In this document: piece after piece, positions 44,186 to 54,600 of the stretch
Layout: each line of letters opens with the position of its first letter
Position numbering within the stretch: the stretch's first letter is position 1
Origin: Thermostichus sp. DRC_bins_24
GTDB taxonomy: Bacteria; Cyanobacteriota; Cyanobacteriia; Thermostichales; Thermostichaceae
Assembly (NCBI GenBank): GCA_039794845.1
Contig: JAUQVK010000094.1
Span: 1 to 56,973, forward strand
DNA length: 56,973 bases
Reading direction: 5' to 3'
Translations under genes and position numbers: made by a program
The notes under the pieces: model-generated
What the model was told of the DNA's origin: nothing
The model's database searches: none
The model's input: only the letters and a program-made list of their open reading frames with translations

Positions 44186-45226
44186 TCAGCGCAGTTGCAA
44201 GCCGCGAGGCTGGCCGTCCTTCATGTGGATGGTGTCCACAAAGCGAACAGTGCGGGATTGGCTGGAGATGATCAAAGACTCGGTGCGGGCCCCTCCCCCG
44301 AAGAAGCGTACCCCCCTCATGAGGTCGCCATCCGTGATCCCTGTAGCTGCGAACAGCACCTCTTTGCCGCTGGCCAGCTCTTCGCACTCCCAAACCTTGT
44401 CGGGATCCTCAATGCCCTTTTCTTTCAGTTCCCGCCGGGTTTCTTCCACAGGGGGCAAATAGGTGCCCGCCTGCACCACCTCGGGATCGTAGATCAGCCG
44501 CCCCTGGAAGTGGGCCCCCAAGCAGCGCAGGGCCGCCGCTGAAATTACCCCTTCCGGAGCCGCCCCAATCCCCATCAGGGCATGGATGCCGGATCCGTTA
44601 AAGCCCGCCGAGAGGGCCGCCGAAATGTCCCCATCGGTGATCAGCTTCACCCGTGCGCCGGTGCTGCGAATTTGTTGGATGAGTTCAGCATGGCGTTTGC
44701 GATCCATGACGATCACCGTTAGATCGGAGACTTCCCGATCCAGGCTTTCGGCGATAATTTTCAGGTTCTTTTCCGGAGGATAGTCAATGTGGACTTTGCC
44801 CTTGGCTTGGGGGGGGGCCGCTAGCTTTTGCATATAGATGTCCGGGGCATGGAGGAGACCACCTTTTTCAGAAATGGCCAGCACCGCCATGGAGCCGTTT
44901 TGCCCCTTGGCCACCAGGTTGGTGCCCTCGCAGGGATCCACCGCGATATCAATTTCCACCAACTCTTCCAGGCGACAGAACTGGGCGGCGTCCGGGCGGG
45001 TACAAATGCCCACCTCTTCTCCGATGTAGAGCATGGGGGCTTCGTCGCGGGTACCTTCCCCGATTACGATCCGCCCGCGCATCAGGATCTGGTTCATTTT
45101 TTCCCGCATCGCTTCTACGGCTACCTGGTCGGCAGTCTTGTTGTCCCCTTTCCCCATCCAGCGAGCGGAGGCGATGGCGGCCTGTTCCACGACTTCGATG
45201 ATTTCCAGTCCCAACTTATTGTCCAC
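44186..45226 (-). CDS. glpX: Class II FBPase/SBPase
   Basis: VIGEG..DEAPML, DPCEGT, YMQKL and [11 protein letters not shown] start. Confidence 0.97.
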   Translation of the reverse strand: MDNKLGLEIIEVVEQAAIASARWMGKGDNKTADQVAVEAMREKMNQILMRGRIVIGEGTRDEAPMLYIGEEVGICTRPDAAQFCRLEELVEIDIAVDPCEGTNLVAKGQNGSMAVLAISEKGGLLHAPDIYMQKLAAPPQAKGKVHIDYPPEKNLKIIAESLDREVSDLTVIVMDRKRHAELIQQIRSTGARVKLITDGDISAALSAGFNGSGIHALMGIGAAPEGVISAAALRCLGAHFQGRLIYDPEVVQAGTYLPPVEETRRELKEKGIEDPDKVWECEELASGKEVLFAATGITDGDLMRGVRFFGGGARTESLIISSQSRTVRFVDTIHMKDGQPRGLQLR

Positions 45227-45485
45227 GACGTGCTCCCTTGGTGATGTCGGAATGATTAAGACCAACTTAAGGATGTCTTCAGATTGTTCTTCCTAGTTTA
45301 CCAGGGCAGGCTTCTTCTCGGGAGCGGATTTTCTTGCCCAGAATAACCTGAGAGAACAAATCGCCAAAAGTCAAGCAGCAAGAGCGATCCCCGTCTTGAG
45401 GGTTTGCTATTGTCGCCTGGGGATTGGGGGTGATACCCTGACTTAAAGGCAATAAGTTTTTCTTAACCCCGTTAAAAAAAGCGCA

Positions 45486-45767
45486 ATGAAAAGATACGCC
45501 TTCATCAATGGTTCCGGGCAGGTTCAGGTGATCCGAACGATCCCTGGTCATTGGGAGCGCACCCTCTTCCCTGGCCAGCGTGCCATTTTTGAGGCGGAAC
45601 CCGACGACTATCTGGAAATTTACAGCTGCTGCTGCTCCACTACCATTTTGGAAGAGCGCCGCCCCTGCCGCTGTTTGTTGGATTCTTCTGCTCCTCAGGA
45701 AGAATCCTCCCCCTATCAGTGGGTGGGGGCGGAGTTGGGGCTTTTGGCCGATGCAGTAAACGGTTGA
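45486..45767 (+). CDS. DUF1830 domain protein
   Basis: N.S..VQVIR...ERTLFPGQR..FEA....LEIYS. Confidence 0.75.
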   Translation: MKRYAFINGSGQVQVIRTIPGHWERTLFPGQRAIFEAEPDDYLEIYSCCCSTTILEERRPCRCLLDSSAPQEESSPYQWVGAELGLLADAVNG

Positions 45768-45798
45768 GGGACATTCCTAAGGCCGTAGAGGAATGAGG

Positions 45799-46065
45799 TC
45801 AATCTGGGGATCGCTTGTCCCCAGCTGGATCCCCGGTTTTTGTAGAGAGCTGGGGGGGTTCCGTGGGGTGTGGGTCAGGAGAGCGGGTTAGGCAACTGCC
45901 GCGCGCAGCATCGCGAAAGGTATCGATGCGCTCGATAACATTCTGAAAGCCACAGTAGGGGCAATACAATTGCTCCCCTGGCCGCGGATCCACATCCGCC
46001 TGGCTCCACCAGCGCTGACACCGATCACAACAGAAGTGGTAGAGGAACTCTAAAGCCACCCGCAT
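45799..46065 (-). CDS. Small zinc-ribbon protein
   Basis: EFLYHFCCDRCQRWWS...YCPYCG. Confidence 0.7.
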   Translation of the reverse strand: MRVALEFLYHFCCDRCQRWWSQADVDPRPGEQLYCPYCGFQNVIERIDTFRDAARGSCLTRSPDPHPTEPPQLSTKTGDPAGDKRSPD

Positions 46066-46249
46066 GGTAACGGGATCCCTTCCAGAACGGAGCAGGCGAG
46101 CCCGGAGACAGAAAGGCCTTCTCGAGGCCACCACCCGGCAGCGGATCGAGCAAGGCTTCTGTGGGCTCTTAAGACAAACTCATTATGAGTATGGTATATT
46201 AAGTCTGGTTTACATTTCTCCGTCACTTTACTACAAGGAGCGTTGACTC

Positions 46250-46852
46250 ATGCTTCAGGAAGGATGTCTGCGCGTTGGCCAGGCTGCTCCGGATTTTTCC
46301 GCCACCGCCGTCTACGACATGGAATTCAAGACGGTGAAGCTTTCGGACTACAAGGGCAAGAAGTACGTGGTGCTGTTCTTCTACCCGCTGGACTTCACCT
46401 TTGTCTGCCCCACCGAGATTACGGCCTTCAGCGATCGCTACGCCGACTTCGCCAACTTGGATACCGAAATCCTTGGCGTCTCGGTGGACAGCGAATTTTC
46501 CCACCTGGCTTGGACCCAAACCGACCGCAAAGCGGGGGGCGTGGGCGAGCTGAAGTACCCTCTGGTGTCTGACCTGAAAAAAGAGATCAGCGCTGCCTAC
46601 AATGTCTTGGATCCTGCCGCAGGTGTGGCATTGCGGGGCTTGTTCATTATTGACAAAGAGGGCATCATCCAGCACTCCACCATCAACAACCTCGCCTTCG
46701 GCCGCAGTGTGGACGAAACCTTGCGCACTCTGCAGGCCATCCAATACGTGCAAACTCACCCGGATGAAGTTTGCCCGGCCAACTGGCAGCCTGGCCAAAG
46801 AACCATGAACCCCGACCCGGTGAAATCCAAGGAGTTCTTCGCCGCTGTCTAG
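46250..46852 (+). CDS. 2-Cys peroxiredoxin
   Basis: [13 protein letters not shown] and EVCPANW. Confidence 0.97.
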   Translation: MLQEGCLRVGQAAPDFSATAVYDMEFKTVKLSDYKGKKYVVLFFYPLDFTFVCPTEITAFSDRYADFANLDTEILGVSVDSEFSHLAWTQTDRKAGGVGELKYPLVSDLKKEISAAYNVLDPAAGVALRGLFIIDKEGIIQHSTINNLAFGRSVDETLRTLQAIQYVQTHPDEVCPANWQPGQRTMNPDPVKSKEFFAAV

Positions 46853-46889
46853 TTCTACAGTCACTCCCAGTAAGAACGATACGCTTTTT

Positions 46890-46965
46890 GCCCCCCTCTC
46901 CCGCCCTGGGAGAGGGGCTACGGCCGATGCCACGCTGCGCGAAGGGTGTGAGGGAGCTGTTTCAG
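46890..46965 (+). repeat. REP-like hairpin plus short dispersed repeat, copy 2
   Basis: CCCCTCTCCC...GGGAGAGGGG stem followed by a segment matching 429-471. Confidence 0.7.
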
Positions 46966-46996
46966 AGTGGGTTGGAGCTTTTGTCTGGGTAGGCAT

Positions 46997-47025
46997 AAAA
47001 AATCTCCCAGCTAGGCTAGGAGATT
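46997..47025 (-). terminator. psaD intrinsic terminator
   Basis: Minus strand AATCTCCTAGC-CTA-GCTGGGAGATT-TTTT. Confidence 0.75.
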
Positions 47026-47069
47026 CCAGAATTCAGGGGTAACCAGAGCTAACCCGTGGGCATAGGGCT

Positions 47070-47504
47070 TCAGTCCCAGGGCTTTTGGGAGGTGAATTTG
47101 TAGGTGATCGGCTCTTTGTTTTTGCCGATGTTGTGATCCACTTTGCCGACGGTATCCCGACCTTCGTTGGCCTTCTCAGGGAAAACCCCATCCTTGGGAT
47201 GCACCAGCACCGGCTCCCCGCCCGCCGGAATGCGGAAGATCTGGTAGTCCTTGATCTTGTAGTCAGAGATCAGCTGGGCTCCCAGTGCCAGGCACTGTTC
47301 CTTGCGGGCCAAGGTGAGGAAATTCTTGCCCTCCACCATCTCGGCAGCCCCACCTGTGGGCATTTCAAAGACTTGCCCCGGCTTGCCTGTCCAGGTGATC
47401 ACGTATTTTTCTTCGGTTTCGGCTGCGCTCAACAGCCCTCCGGTGGAGCCCCCGAATAGGGGCAACTTAGCCCCCTGACGGGGATCGCCTTCCATCACAG
47501 CCAT
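47070..47504 (-). CDS. psaD: Photosystem I subunit II
   Basis: [11 protein letters not shown]...FEMPTGGAA...ARKEQCLAL...[10 protein letters not shown]. Confidence 0.98.
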   Translation of the reverse strand: MAVMEGDPRQGAKLPLFGGSTGGLLSAAETEEKYVITWTGKPGQVFEMPTGGAAEMVEGKNFLTLARKEQCLALGAQLISDYKIKDYQIFRIPAGGEPVLVHPKDGVFPEKANEGRDTVGKVDHNIGKNKEPITYKFTSQKPWD

Positions 47505-47729
47505 AGCCTACCTTCTCGTTGTTGTTTGCTTCCTTGTTGGCTTTGTCCAGGCCGCGTTTGTCGTTGCGGCTTGGAGCACTTTGAATCTACCACCGACCCG
47601 ATTTTTGACCCCAGACCCGCCTGAGAACTGTAATCTTTCGTAGCAGACTCACCCTGGTTGGAGAGGGATCCGGAGGCACCCTGTGAGTCACCATGGAAAC
47701 AAGTGACATCCGGAAAAGGAACCGCACAC

Positions 47730-48578
47730 ATGGCCCGATGGTCACTCCATCCCAGCTCTCAGTCCGGCGCCCGGATTCTGTTGATCCCGACGGCTTTTGG
47801 CACCGATACCCAAGCGCCAATGGCGATTCTCAACGCCGGTTCCGAGCTGTGTGCCTTCGAACCGAAATTGGGGATCGATGTGGATGGGCTAGCGGTGGCG
47901 CAGTTGCCGGGGTTGGTGGATGAACCTCCCTACAGCATGTGTGAAGCGGCAGTGGCCCAGGCTTGGCGACGACAGCAATGGCCGGTGCTGCTGCCCTCGG
48001 TGTTGTCGGCAAGTTGGGGGGCGATTCGGGCCCTTTGGAAACATCACCCCAGCTTGAGCGTGGTGCATTGCAGTGCCCATGCCAACCTGATGCCCTCTCC
48101 CGAAATGATTCAGCCCGATCAAGATCTGGGCTACGGCAGCGCCGCTTGGGTGGAGTTGCTTTACCAGCATAAAATGCCCGTGGTGCATGTGGGGTTACGC
48201 AGTGGCAGTGCCCGCGCTTATGAATGGCTGCACAATCACCAGAGCCCGGTCTTTTGGGCCCAAGATGACTGGGATCCGCAGCAGGTGGTGGAAGCCCTGC
48301 CGGATGAGCCGGTGTTTTGGGTGTTGGATTGCGGCGTTTTGGATCCCTCGCTGGTGGAGGCGGTGCATCATCCAGAGCCGGGGGGCATGAGTTGGGGGCA
48401 ACTGTTACAAACCTGTGAGGCAGTTTTCGCCGCCCGGAATGTGGTCGGTCTGTCTCTGGGGGGAGTTGCGGTGGGATCCTCAACCCGACAAACCGCTCGT
48501 ACCGTAGCCCGCCTACTGAATTGGCTACTGGCTTGCCATGGCCGTTATGCTGCTGTCCCTCACCCGCAATCGGCCTAG
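47730..48578 (+). CDS. Arginase/agmatinase-fold protein with degenerate metal ligands
   Basis: AILNAGSEL, VHCSAHANL, HVGLRS, LDCGVLDP and PEPGGMSW. Confidence 0.8.
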   Translation: MARWSLHPSSQSGARILLIPTAFGTDTQAPMAILNAGSELCAFEPKLGIDVDGLAVAQLPGLVDEPPYSMCEAAVAQAWRRQQWPVLLPSVLSASWGAIRALWKHHPSLSVVHCSAHANLMPSPEMIQPDQDLGYGSAAWVELLYQHKMPVVHVGLRSGSARAYEWLHNHQSPVFWAQDDWDPQQVVEALPDEPVFWVLDCGVLDPSLVEAVHHPEPGGMSWGQLLQTCEAVFAARNVVGLSLGGVAVGSSTRQTARTVARLLNWLLACHGRYAAVPHPQSA

Positions 48579-48580
48579 GC

Positions 48581-49198
48581 ATGAACCTCTATCGTCGTGT
48601 GCTCTTCCCGCGCCTATTGGATCTGGCTCTCTCGGGAGAGACCGTGGGGCACTATCGCCAGGAACTGCTCGCTCAGGTGCGGGGGGCCGTTTTGGAGATC
48701 GGCTTTGGCACGGGCCTCAACCTGCCCCACTATCCCAAGCACATCCAAACCCTCACGGTGGTGGATCCCAATCCTGGCATGGGATCCCTGGCTCGTCGGC
48801 GCATGGCTCTTTCTTCCATTGCCGTGGACTGGCAAGTGGCGGATGCCCAAGAGCTGCTTTTCCCAAATCAAAGCTTTGATAGCGTGGTCAGCACCTGGAC
48901 CCTGTGCAGCATTCCCGATTTGGCCAGGGCTTTGCAGGAAATCCGGCGGGTGCTGCGGGTTGGAGGCGGGTTGTTTTTTCTGGAACACGGCCTGAGTGCG
49001 GATCCCAAGATTCAGGTTTGAGATCATCGCCTGAACCCCATCCAGAAGGTGCTCGGTGATGGCTGCAACCTAAACCGGGACATGGCCCGGCAGATCCAAA
49101 CGGCGGGGTTCCGGTTTGAGCAGCTGGAGCGGTTTTATATGCCCAACCAGCCCAAGTTCATTGGCTATACCTATCAGGGTGTTGCGGTTCCCATATGA
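48581..49198 (+). pseudogene. Class I SAM methyltransferase with in-frame TGA at 49019-49021
   Basis: LEIGFGTG, FDSVVSTWTLCS, LEHG; the same frame continues DHRLNPIQKVLGDGCNLNRD...VAVPI* after the stop. Confidence 0.85.
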
Positions 49199-49239
49199 TC
49201 CCCTAAGGAAGGGATCGCTCCCCAATCACTCACCCCGAT

Positions 49240-49761
49240 CTAATCACACAATTGCAGGCGAGACTGGGGCTGCCGCATGGCCGGATCCACCTCATGGGTC
49301 AGCTCAAAGTTGATCACTCGCCAGCGATTGGGGGATCCGTTTGAGTCGGGGTCATCTGGGGCACTGGAACTAAAGCTGACGGGCAGGCCATAAAGGCGGG
49401 GCGGGCCGGGGCGGCGATGGGATCCCTGCTCCAGATAGGGGGTGAGCAATTGGTGGTAGCGTTCGGCAACAACGACTTGAGTGGCCCGCATCCCTTGCAT
49501 GCGTAGGCGATCCAATTCTTCGTGAATCTCAAAGCGAATGCCGTCGGCGTGGGTGTGTTGCCGGAACCAACGACCTTCCCAAAAGCGCCAACGCCGTCCC
49601 GATTGCAGATGCACCAGTTCTTCTTGCTCAGGATCGGCCTCAAAGGCACCGTGCCGATGGCAGAGGTAGGTATCCGTCAGGGTGAGCGCAGCAATCGTTT
49701 GCCGACAGTGGGGGCACTGGATGCTGGGGCCGAAAATAGGATACGAAAAGGCAACCGTCAT
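49240..49761 (-). CDS. TIGR02652 family cyanobacterial protein
   Basis: YPIFGPSIQCPHCRQTIAALTLTDTYLC.RHGAFEA. Confidence 0.88.
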   Translation of the reverse strand: MTVAFSYPIFGPSIQCPHCRQTIAALTLTDTYLCHRHGAFEADPEQEELVHLQSGRRWRFWEGRWFRQHTHADGIRFEIHEELDRLRMQGMRATQVVVAERYHQLLTPYLEQGSHRRPGPPRLYGLPVSFSSSAPDDPDSNGSPNRWRVINFELTHEVDPAMRQPQSRLQLCD

Positions 49762-49962
49762 AAAGAACCCCACAAACGTGGCTGTGTGTCTGGGCAAGCC
49801 CGCAGTTGTCCACATTATAGATGTTGCCTTTCGTGGATTCCGGCATAGGGATCCCTCTGGCAAAATCCGGCCGGATCTCTTAAGCTAAATACAGGGGATA
49901 AAGCCTGTATGAAGCTCTTGGTTGCTCAGGGCGGTTCTCCGACAATCTCCGAAACAATGCCG

Positions 49963-49990
49963 GGGAGTGGGGTAGTACCCACTTTTTTTG
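49963..49990 (+). promoter_or_regulatory. rimP leader hairpin / attenuator
   Basis: AGTGGG-GTAGTA-CCCACT followed by a T-tract, the motif commonly found upstream of rimP. Confidence 0.7.
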
Positions 49991-50056
49991 TGTTTTTAAG
50001 GAGCTTTACGCCCCAGATTGGCCGCGACCCAACCTGGCTTTGATGGTCAGCTCACC

Positions 50057-50530
50057 ATGGTTCATCCTCTTATCCCACAGCTGGAAAGCCTAGCCCGCCC
50101 CCTGGCCACTCAACTGGGGTACGAACTGGTGCAGATGGTTTTTCACACCAACCAGCATCCGCCAGTCTTACGGGTGGATATTCGCCCGCTGGATCTCACC
50201 CGAGACACCAGCCATGCTGACTGTGAGGCCATGAGCCAAGTCCTGGAAGCGGAGCTGGATCGGGTGGATCTGATCCCTGGCCAGTACGTGCTGGAGATCT
50301 CCAGCCCCGGCCTCGACAACCTCCTCACCAGTGATCGAGACTTCGTGGTTTTCAGAGGGTTTGCGGTGGAGGTAGCCCTGGATCCCCCTCACAAGGGCAA
50401 AGCCCTCTGGTCGGGGCACCTGCTGGGCCGGGATGAAGAGACCGTTGCCCTATCCCTCAAGGGACGGCGAATTCGGTTACCCCGGGCCTCGGTGCAGCGA
50501 GTTTCCCTCTCCCAGGCAGAAACGGAGTAA
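50057..50530 (+). CDS. rimP: Ribosome maturation factor
   Basis: MVHPLIP...DCEAMS...YVLEISSPG. Confidence 0.95.
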   Translation: MVHPLIPQLESLARPLATQLGYELVQMVFHTNQHPPVLRVDIRPLDLTRDTSHADCEAMSQVLEAELDRVDLIPGQYVLEISSPGLDNLLTSDRDFVVFRGFAVEVALDPPHKGKALWSGHLLGRDEETVALSLKGRRIRLPRASVQRVSLSQAETE

Positions 50531-50602
50531 GGGAAGGGGGCCAGGGCTCCCTTTCTATGGATATTCCCTACGTAGACAAGGTTTATCAGGAGAACGGTTG
50601 TT

Positions 50603-51976
50603 ATGTCGATGGTGCCTTTACCCGGTTTGGCGGAAATGGTGGAAATGATCTCGCGGGAGCGCAACTTACCCCGTCATGTGGTCACAGATGCTCTGCGGGA
50701 GGCGCTGCTCAAGGGCTACGAACGCTACCGCAAAACCATTCAGCGCGATGCAGTTTTCGAGGAAGAACACTTCCACAACTTCGATGTGGAGTTGGATGTG
50801 GAGGCAGGGGGCTTTCGCGTTTTGGCCACCAAAACCATCGTCGAGCAGGTGCAAACCCCCGATCACGAGATCGCCCTTTACGATGTGCAGCAGGATTACC
50901 CCGAAGCTGAGGTGGGCTGGGAAGTTACGGACGATGTCACCCCCCAACAGGCGGAATTTGGCCGCATGGCTGCCATCCAAACCAAGCAGGTTTTGGCCCA
51001 AAAGCTGCGGGATCAACAGCGTCGACTGATCCAAGAAGAGTTCCGCGACCTGGAAAATACGGTGTTACAGGCTCGGGTGCTGCGCATGGAACGGCAGACG
51101 GTGATCATGTCAGTATCCAGCGGGTTTGGGCAGCCGGAAGTGGAGGCGGAATTGCTGAAGCGGGATCAACTGGCCAGCGATCGCTATACCCCCAATGCCG
51201 TTATGAAGGTTTATCTCAAAAAGGTACATGAGGGATCCCGGCGGGGGCCACAGTTGCAGGTTTCACGGGCCGATGCCGGTTTGGTGGTCAACCTGTTTGC
51301 CAACGAGGTGCCGGAGATCGAAGACGATGTCGTGCGGATCGTGGCAGTGGCACGGGAGGCCAATCCCCCTTCTCGCACGGTGGGGCCGCGCACCAAGATC
51401 GCTGTCGATACCGTCGAGCGAGATGTGGATCCGGTGGGGGCCTGTATTGGTGCCCGGGGATCCCGGATCCAGGCGGTGGTGGCCGAGTTGCGCAACGAGA
51501 AAATTGATGTCATCCGCTGGTCGCCGGATCCCGCTACCTACATAGCCAACGCCCTTAGCCCCGCCAAGGTGGTGGAGGTGTTGCTGGTGGATCCCGAAAT
51601 TCAGCAGGCCCACGTGTTGGTGAATAGCGACCAGCTCAGCCTGGCCATCGGCAAAGAGGGACAGAATGTACGTCTGGCAGCCCGCCTCACGGGTTGGAAG
51701 ATTGACATCAAAGAGGTGGAAAGTTATCGAAAGGCCGCGGAGGAGGCACAGGCCCAAGGGTTACCCTATCCCTTTATCAGCTCGGCAGCTCTGGAGCGCT
51801 TCCAACGGCGGGCAGAGCGGGCGGCCCTGGGTCTGGATGAAGAGGAATACGAAGAACCCCCCTATCTAGAAGAGGAAGATCTGGAAGATGAGGATCTGCT
51901 GGAAGGGGATTGGGTTGAAGAAGAGGAAGATTTCGACTACGATGCTGAGTTCGATGTTGCTGAGCCCAAAGTGTAA
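50603..51976 (+). CDS. nusA: Transcription factor NusA with acidic tail
   Basis: [26 protein letters not shown] and [14 protein letters not shown]. Confidence 0.97.
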   Translation: MSMVPLPGLAEMVEMISRERNLPRHVVTDALREALLKGYERYRKTIQRDAVFEEEHFHNFDVELDVEAGGFRVLATKTIVEQVQTPDHEIALYDVQQDYPEAEVGWEVTDDVTPQQAEFGRMAAIQTKQVLAQKLRDQQRRLIQEEFRDLENTVLQARVLRMERQTVIMSVSSGFGQPEVEAELLKRDQLASDRYTPNAVMKVYLKKVHEGSRRGPQLQVSRADAGLVVNLFANEVPEIEDDVVRIVAVAREANPPSRTVGPRTKIAVDTVERDVDPVGACIGARGSRIQAVVAELRNEKIDVIRWSPDPATYIANALSPAKVVEVLLVDPEIQQAHVLVNSDQLSLAIGKEGQNVRLAARLTGWKIDIKEVESYRKAAEEAQAQGLPYPFISSAALERFQRRAERAALGLDEEEYEEPPYLEEEDLEDEDLLEGDWVEEEEDFDYDAEFDVAEPKV

Positions 51977-52004
51977 CGTCTTCCCGACGCTGACCCTATA
52001 CTTA

Positions 52005-52075
52005 TGGCAGGCTAACGCCAACGGGTACAGTGCGAGCTTAGGAACAACCTGCGGTCTACCTGTCTGGGAGGTAAA
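52005..52075 (+). mobile_element. Possible IS605/tnpB 3'-end remnant
   Basis: Contains a 20-bp exact match to 42190-42209 and is non-coding. Confidence 0.4.
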
Positions 52076-52101
52076 CTAAAGCAAAGACCTCCCTTCCATC
52101 C

Positions 52102-52749
52102 TTGAGATCCTCCAAACCGATCATCCTAGGCATATCCGGCGCTTCGGGCATGCTCTATGCGGTACGAGCTTTGCACGTGTTGCTTAGCCTGGATTACCGC
52201 GTGGAACTGGTGGCTTCCAAAGCCGCCTACCGGGTGTGGCAGGGGGAACAGCGGCTGCAACTGCCTGTAGACCCAGAACAACAAGCCCAATTTTGGCGAC
52301 AACAGGCGGAAAGTACTGGCGGATCCCTGGTTTGTCACCGCTGGCAGGAGGTGGGGGCGCCCATTGCCAGCGGCTCTTACCGCACAGAAGGGATGTTGGT
52401 GATCCCCTGCAGCATGGGCACCGTTGCCAAATTGGCCGCTGGGTTGAGTTCTGATCTTCTCGAGCGGGCCGCCGATGTGCAAATGAAGGAGGGACGACGC
52501 CTGGTGGTTGTCCCGCGGGAAACCCCCTTCAGCCTGATTCATCTGCGCAACCTCACCACATTGGCGGAAGCTGGGGTGCGCATTGTCCCGGCCATTCCCG
52601 CTTGGTATCATCAACCGCGTACCATCTTGGACTTGGTAGATTTTGTCGTGGTTAAAGCTCTGGATCAGTTCGGCATCGACAGCGACTTGATTCAGCGCTG
52701 GCAAGGCATGCGCCAACAAAAGATCCTTACACTGCCACCTGAGGCTTGA
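52102..52749 (+). CDS. ubiX: Flavin prenyltransferase
   Basis: GISGASG, IASGS, PCSMGT, RAADV.MKE and PRETP. Confidence 0.95.
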   Translation: MRSSKPIILGISGASGMLYAVRALHVLLSLDYRVELVASKAAYRVWQGEQRLQLPVDPEQQAQFWRQQAESTGGSLVCHRWQEVGAPIASGSYRTEGMLVIPCSMGTVAKLAAGLSSDLLERAADVQMKEGRRLVVVPRETPFSLIHLRNLTTLAEAGVRIVPAIPAWYHQPRTILDLVDFVVVKALDQFGIDSDLIQRWQGMRQQKILTLPPEA

Positions 52750-52787
52750 GTTGAGAGGAATCCGGGATCCCCTGCTGACCAGACGGG

Positions 52788-53816
52788 TTAACCGGTCTTG
52801 GGTTCGACCCGGGTGCACGGCGGCAAGGTATAGCAGAAATCCAAACTGGCCGCCCATTCCCCGATCAGCATATTGACCCAATCGGGGAGCTCATCATGGG
52901 CACAGTGCCCCACCCCTGGCAACTTCACCAACGTGAGGGCGGGCTGCCAACGCTTAAACTGATCCGCTAAGAAACTGGGTACTGCCGGATCCTCTTGGCC
53001 CCAGAGCAACAAAATCGGCATTTTTAGAGTGGGCAACAGGCGTTTGGGGCTGTCGAAGCGGCGGCTGATGATTGCCCGTAAGCTGTCCAAAAACACATGG
53101 GAGGCTCCTGGATCAAAGGCTGGCCTCTGGAAAATCTGCACCAGCTCATCGTCTACTTGTTCATCGTGTTTGTAGACATTCTTGATCCAACCTCGCAACA
53201 CCTCTGTTTGTCGCAGCCAGTTAAACAAATGGGGATAAGTGAGCGGGCACCCCAGTACCGCCATGATGCCATCACAGAGAGCCTGCACCAAGCCATCCCA
53301 AGGAGCGGGCAACTCTTCAGGGTGGGGCCCATCCGCACAGCTGATCAAACACAACCCCTTCACCATCTGCGGGTAACGGGCGGCAGCAATCACCCCCACC
53401 AAGCCCCCAATGGAATGGCCCACCAGGATCATCGGCCGCTGAATGTGGGTTTGCCAAAATTCATACACCTGATCCACCCATAGATCGACACTGTAGGCGA
53501 TCTCCGGCTTGGCGCTACCCCCATACCCGAGCAGATCCAGAGCATAGACCGAGCGCTGGGATCCCAGAGGCAAAATGTTGTGCCGCCAATGGCCCACCGA
53601 AGCCCCAAACCCATGAATTAAGAGTGCGGGAGCCGCCGTGAGGTTCACCTGCCGGCTGGGGGTTTGGGCACGACTGGGGGTATAGGTGAAGTGGATGGGC
53701 CATCCCCGCCAATGCCAAGTTTGCGGGTGACCGTAGCGGGGCAGTGCTGAATTGGAATGAAGTGGGCTAGAATCCAATCCGCGTAAGGGAGGAGTGCGTG
53801 GCAACAACGGGCTCAT
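52788..53816 (-). CDS. Alpha/beta fold hydrolase
   Basis: IHGFGAS, GHSIGG, WGQED and GHCAHDE. Confidence 0.93.
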   Translation of the reverse strand: MSPLLPRTPPLRGLDSSPLHSNSALPRYGHPQTWHWRGWPIHFTYTPSRAQTPSRQVNLTAAPALLIHGFGASVGHWRHNILPLGSQRSVYALDLLGYGGSAKPEIAYSVDLWVDQVYEFWQTHIQRPMILVGHSIGGLVGVIAAARYPQMVKGLCLISCADGPHPEELPAPWDGLVQALCDGIMAVLGCPLTYPHLFNWLRQTEVLRGWIKNVYKHDEQVDDELVQIFQRPAFDPGASHVFLDSLRAIISRRFDSPKRLLPTLKMPILLLWGQEDPAVPSFLADQFKRWQPALTLVKLPGVGHCAHDELPDWVNMLIGEWAASLDFCYTLPPCTRVEPKTG

Positions 53817-53909
53817 CTCCAGCAGAATAGACCGATCTTAACGGGTTCCTTCGCCAATCCAAGGTGTACTTGGCTACCAGCCCTCCTCCCCAATGCCAAA
53901 CCTGACCGC

Positions 53910-54560
53910 ATGACAGCCGCCTTGCCTCCAGAGCCGATGGATGAAGCCTCGTTGGACCCGATCACAGCGGCCAGTTTTCGCCAGATCGATGCAGAGATCG
54001 GCCCTCACCCCTGGCATGGAATCCAATACGAAGTGGTACGACGCGCCATCCACGCCACCGCCGACTTTGAACTGCGGGATCGCTTTGTTTTCAGCTCCAA
54101 CGCCATCGAGCAGGGTTTGGCCGCCCTCCGGGAAAAACAACCCGTGATTGTGGATGTGGGCATGGTGGCCGCCGGGATCCACACGCGACTGAGGGCCGCC
54201 GGGATCCCCCTTCTTTGCGCCCTCGACTGGGTGGAAGAGAATCGCTTGCCTGGACAGACCCGCACCGCCAATGGCCTGCTGAACTTGGCACAACTTTACC
54301 CAGAAGCCCTGTTTGTGATCGGCAATGCTCCCACGGCGCTGTTGGGGTTGGTGGCAGAGATTCAGGCTGAGCGGGTACAGCCGTGTTTGGTGATCGGGGT
54401 ACCGGTGGGCTTTGTGGCTGTGGAAGAGGCCAAACGGGCATTGGCACAAACCCATGTCCCCCAAATTCGGGTGGAAGGGCGTAAAGGGGGATCCCCAGTG
54501 GCGGCAGCGATTGTCAATGCCCTGCTCACGGCAGCCCAACGGGATCCGGCAACAATCTGA
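53910..54560 (+). CDS. cobH: Precorrin-8X methylmutase
   Basis: RRAIHATADF, IGNAPTAL, PVGFV and GRKGGSPVAAA. Confidence 0.95.
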   Translation: MTAALPPEPMDEASLDPITAASFRQIDAEIGPHPWHGIQYEVVRRAIHATADFELRDRFVFSSNAIEQGLAALREKQPVIVDVGMVAAGIHTRLRAAGIPLLCALDWVEENRLPGQTRTANGLLNLAQLYPEALFVIGNAPTALLGLVAEIQAERVQPCLVIGVPVGFVAVEEAKRALAQTHVPQIRVEGRKGGSPVAAAIVNALLTAAQRDPATI

Positions 54561-54600
54561 CTAGAATCGAGAGAAGTCTTGAATTGGCAGCCCTGCCCCC

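Noticed and set aside
46223..46996. 257-aa antisense ORF over the peroxiredoxin, and similar shadow ORFs over ppc, SDR, typA and ppk1
   Set aside because: Codon-bias shadows of well-supported genes on the opposite strand.
49019..49021. Selenocysteine recoding
   Set aside because: The position appears to correspond to Trp, not Cys, and I saw no convincing SECIS.
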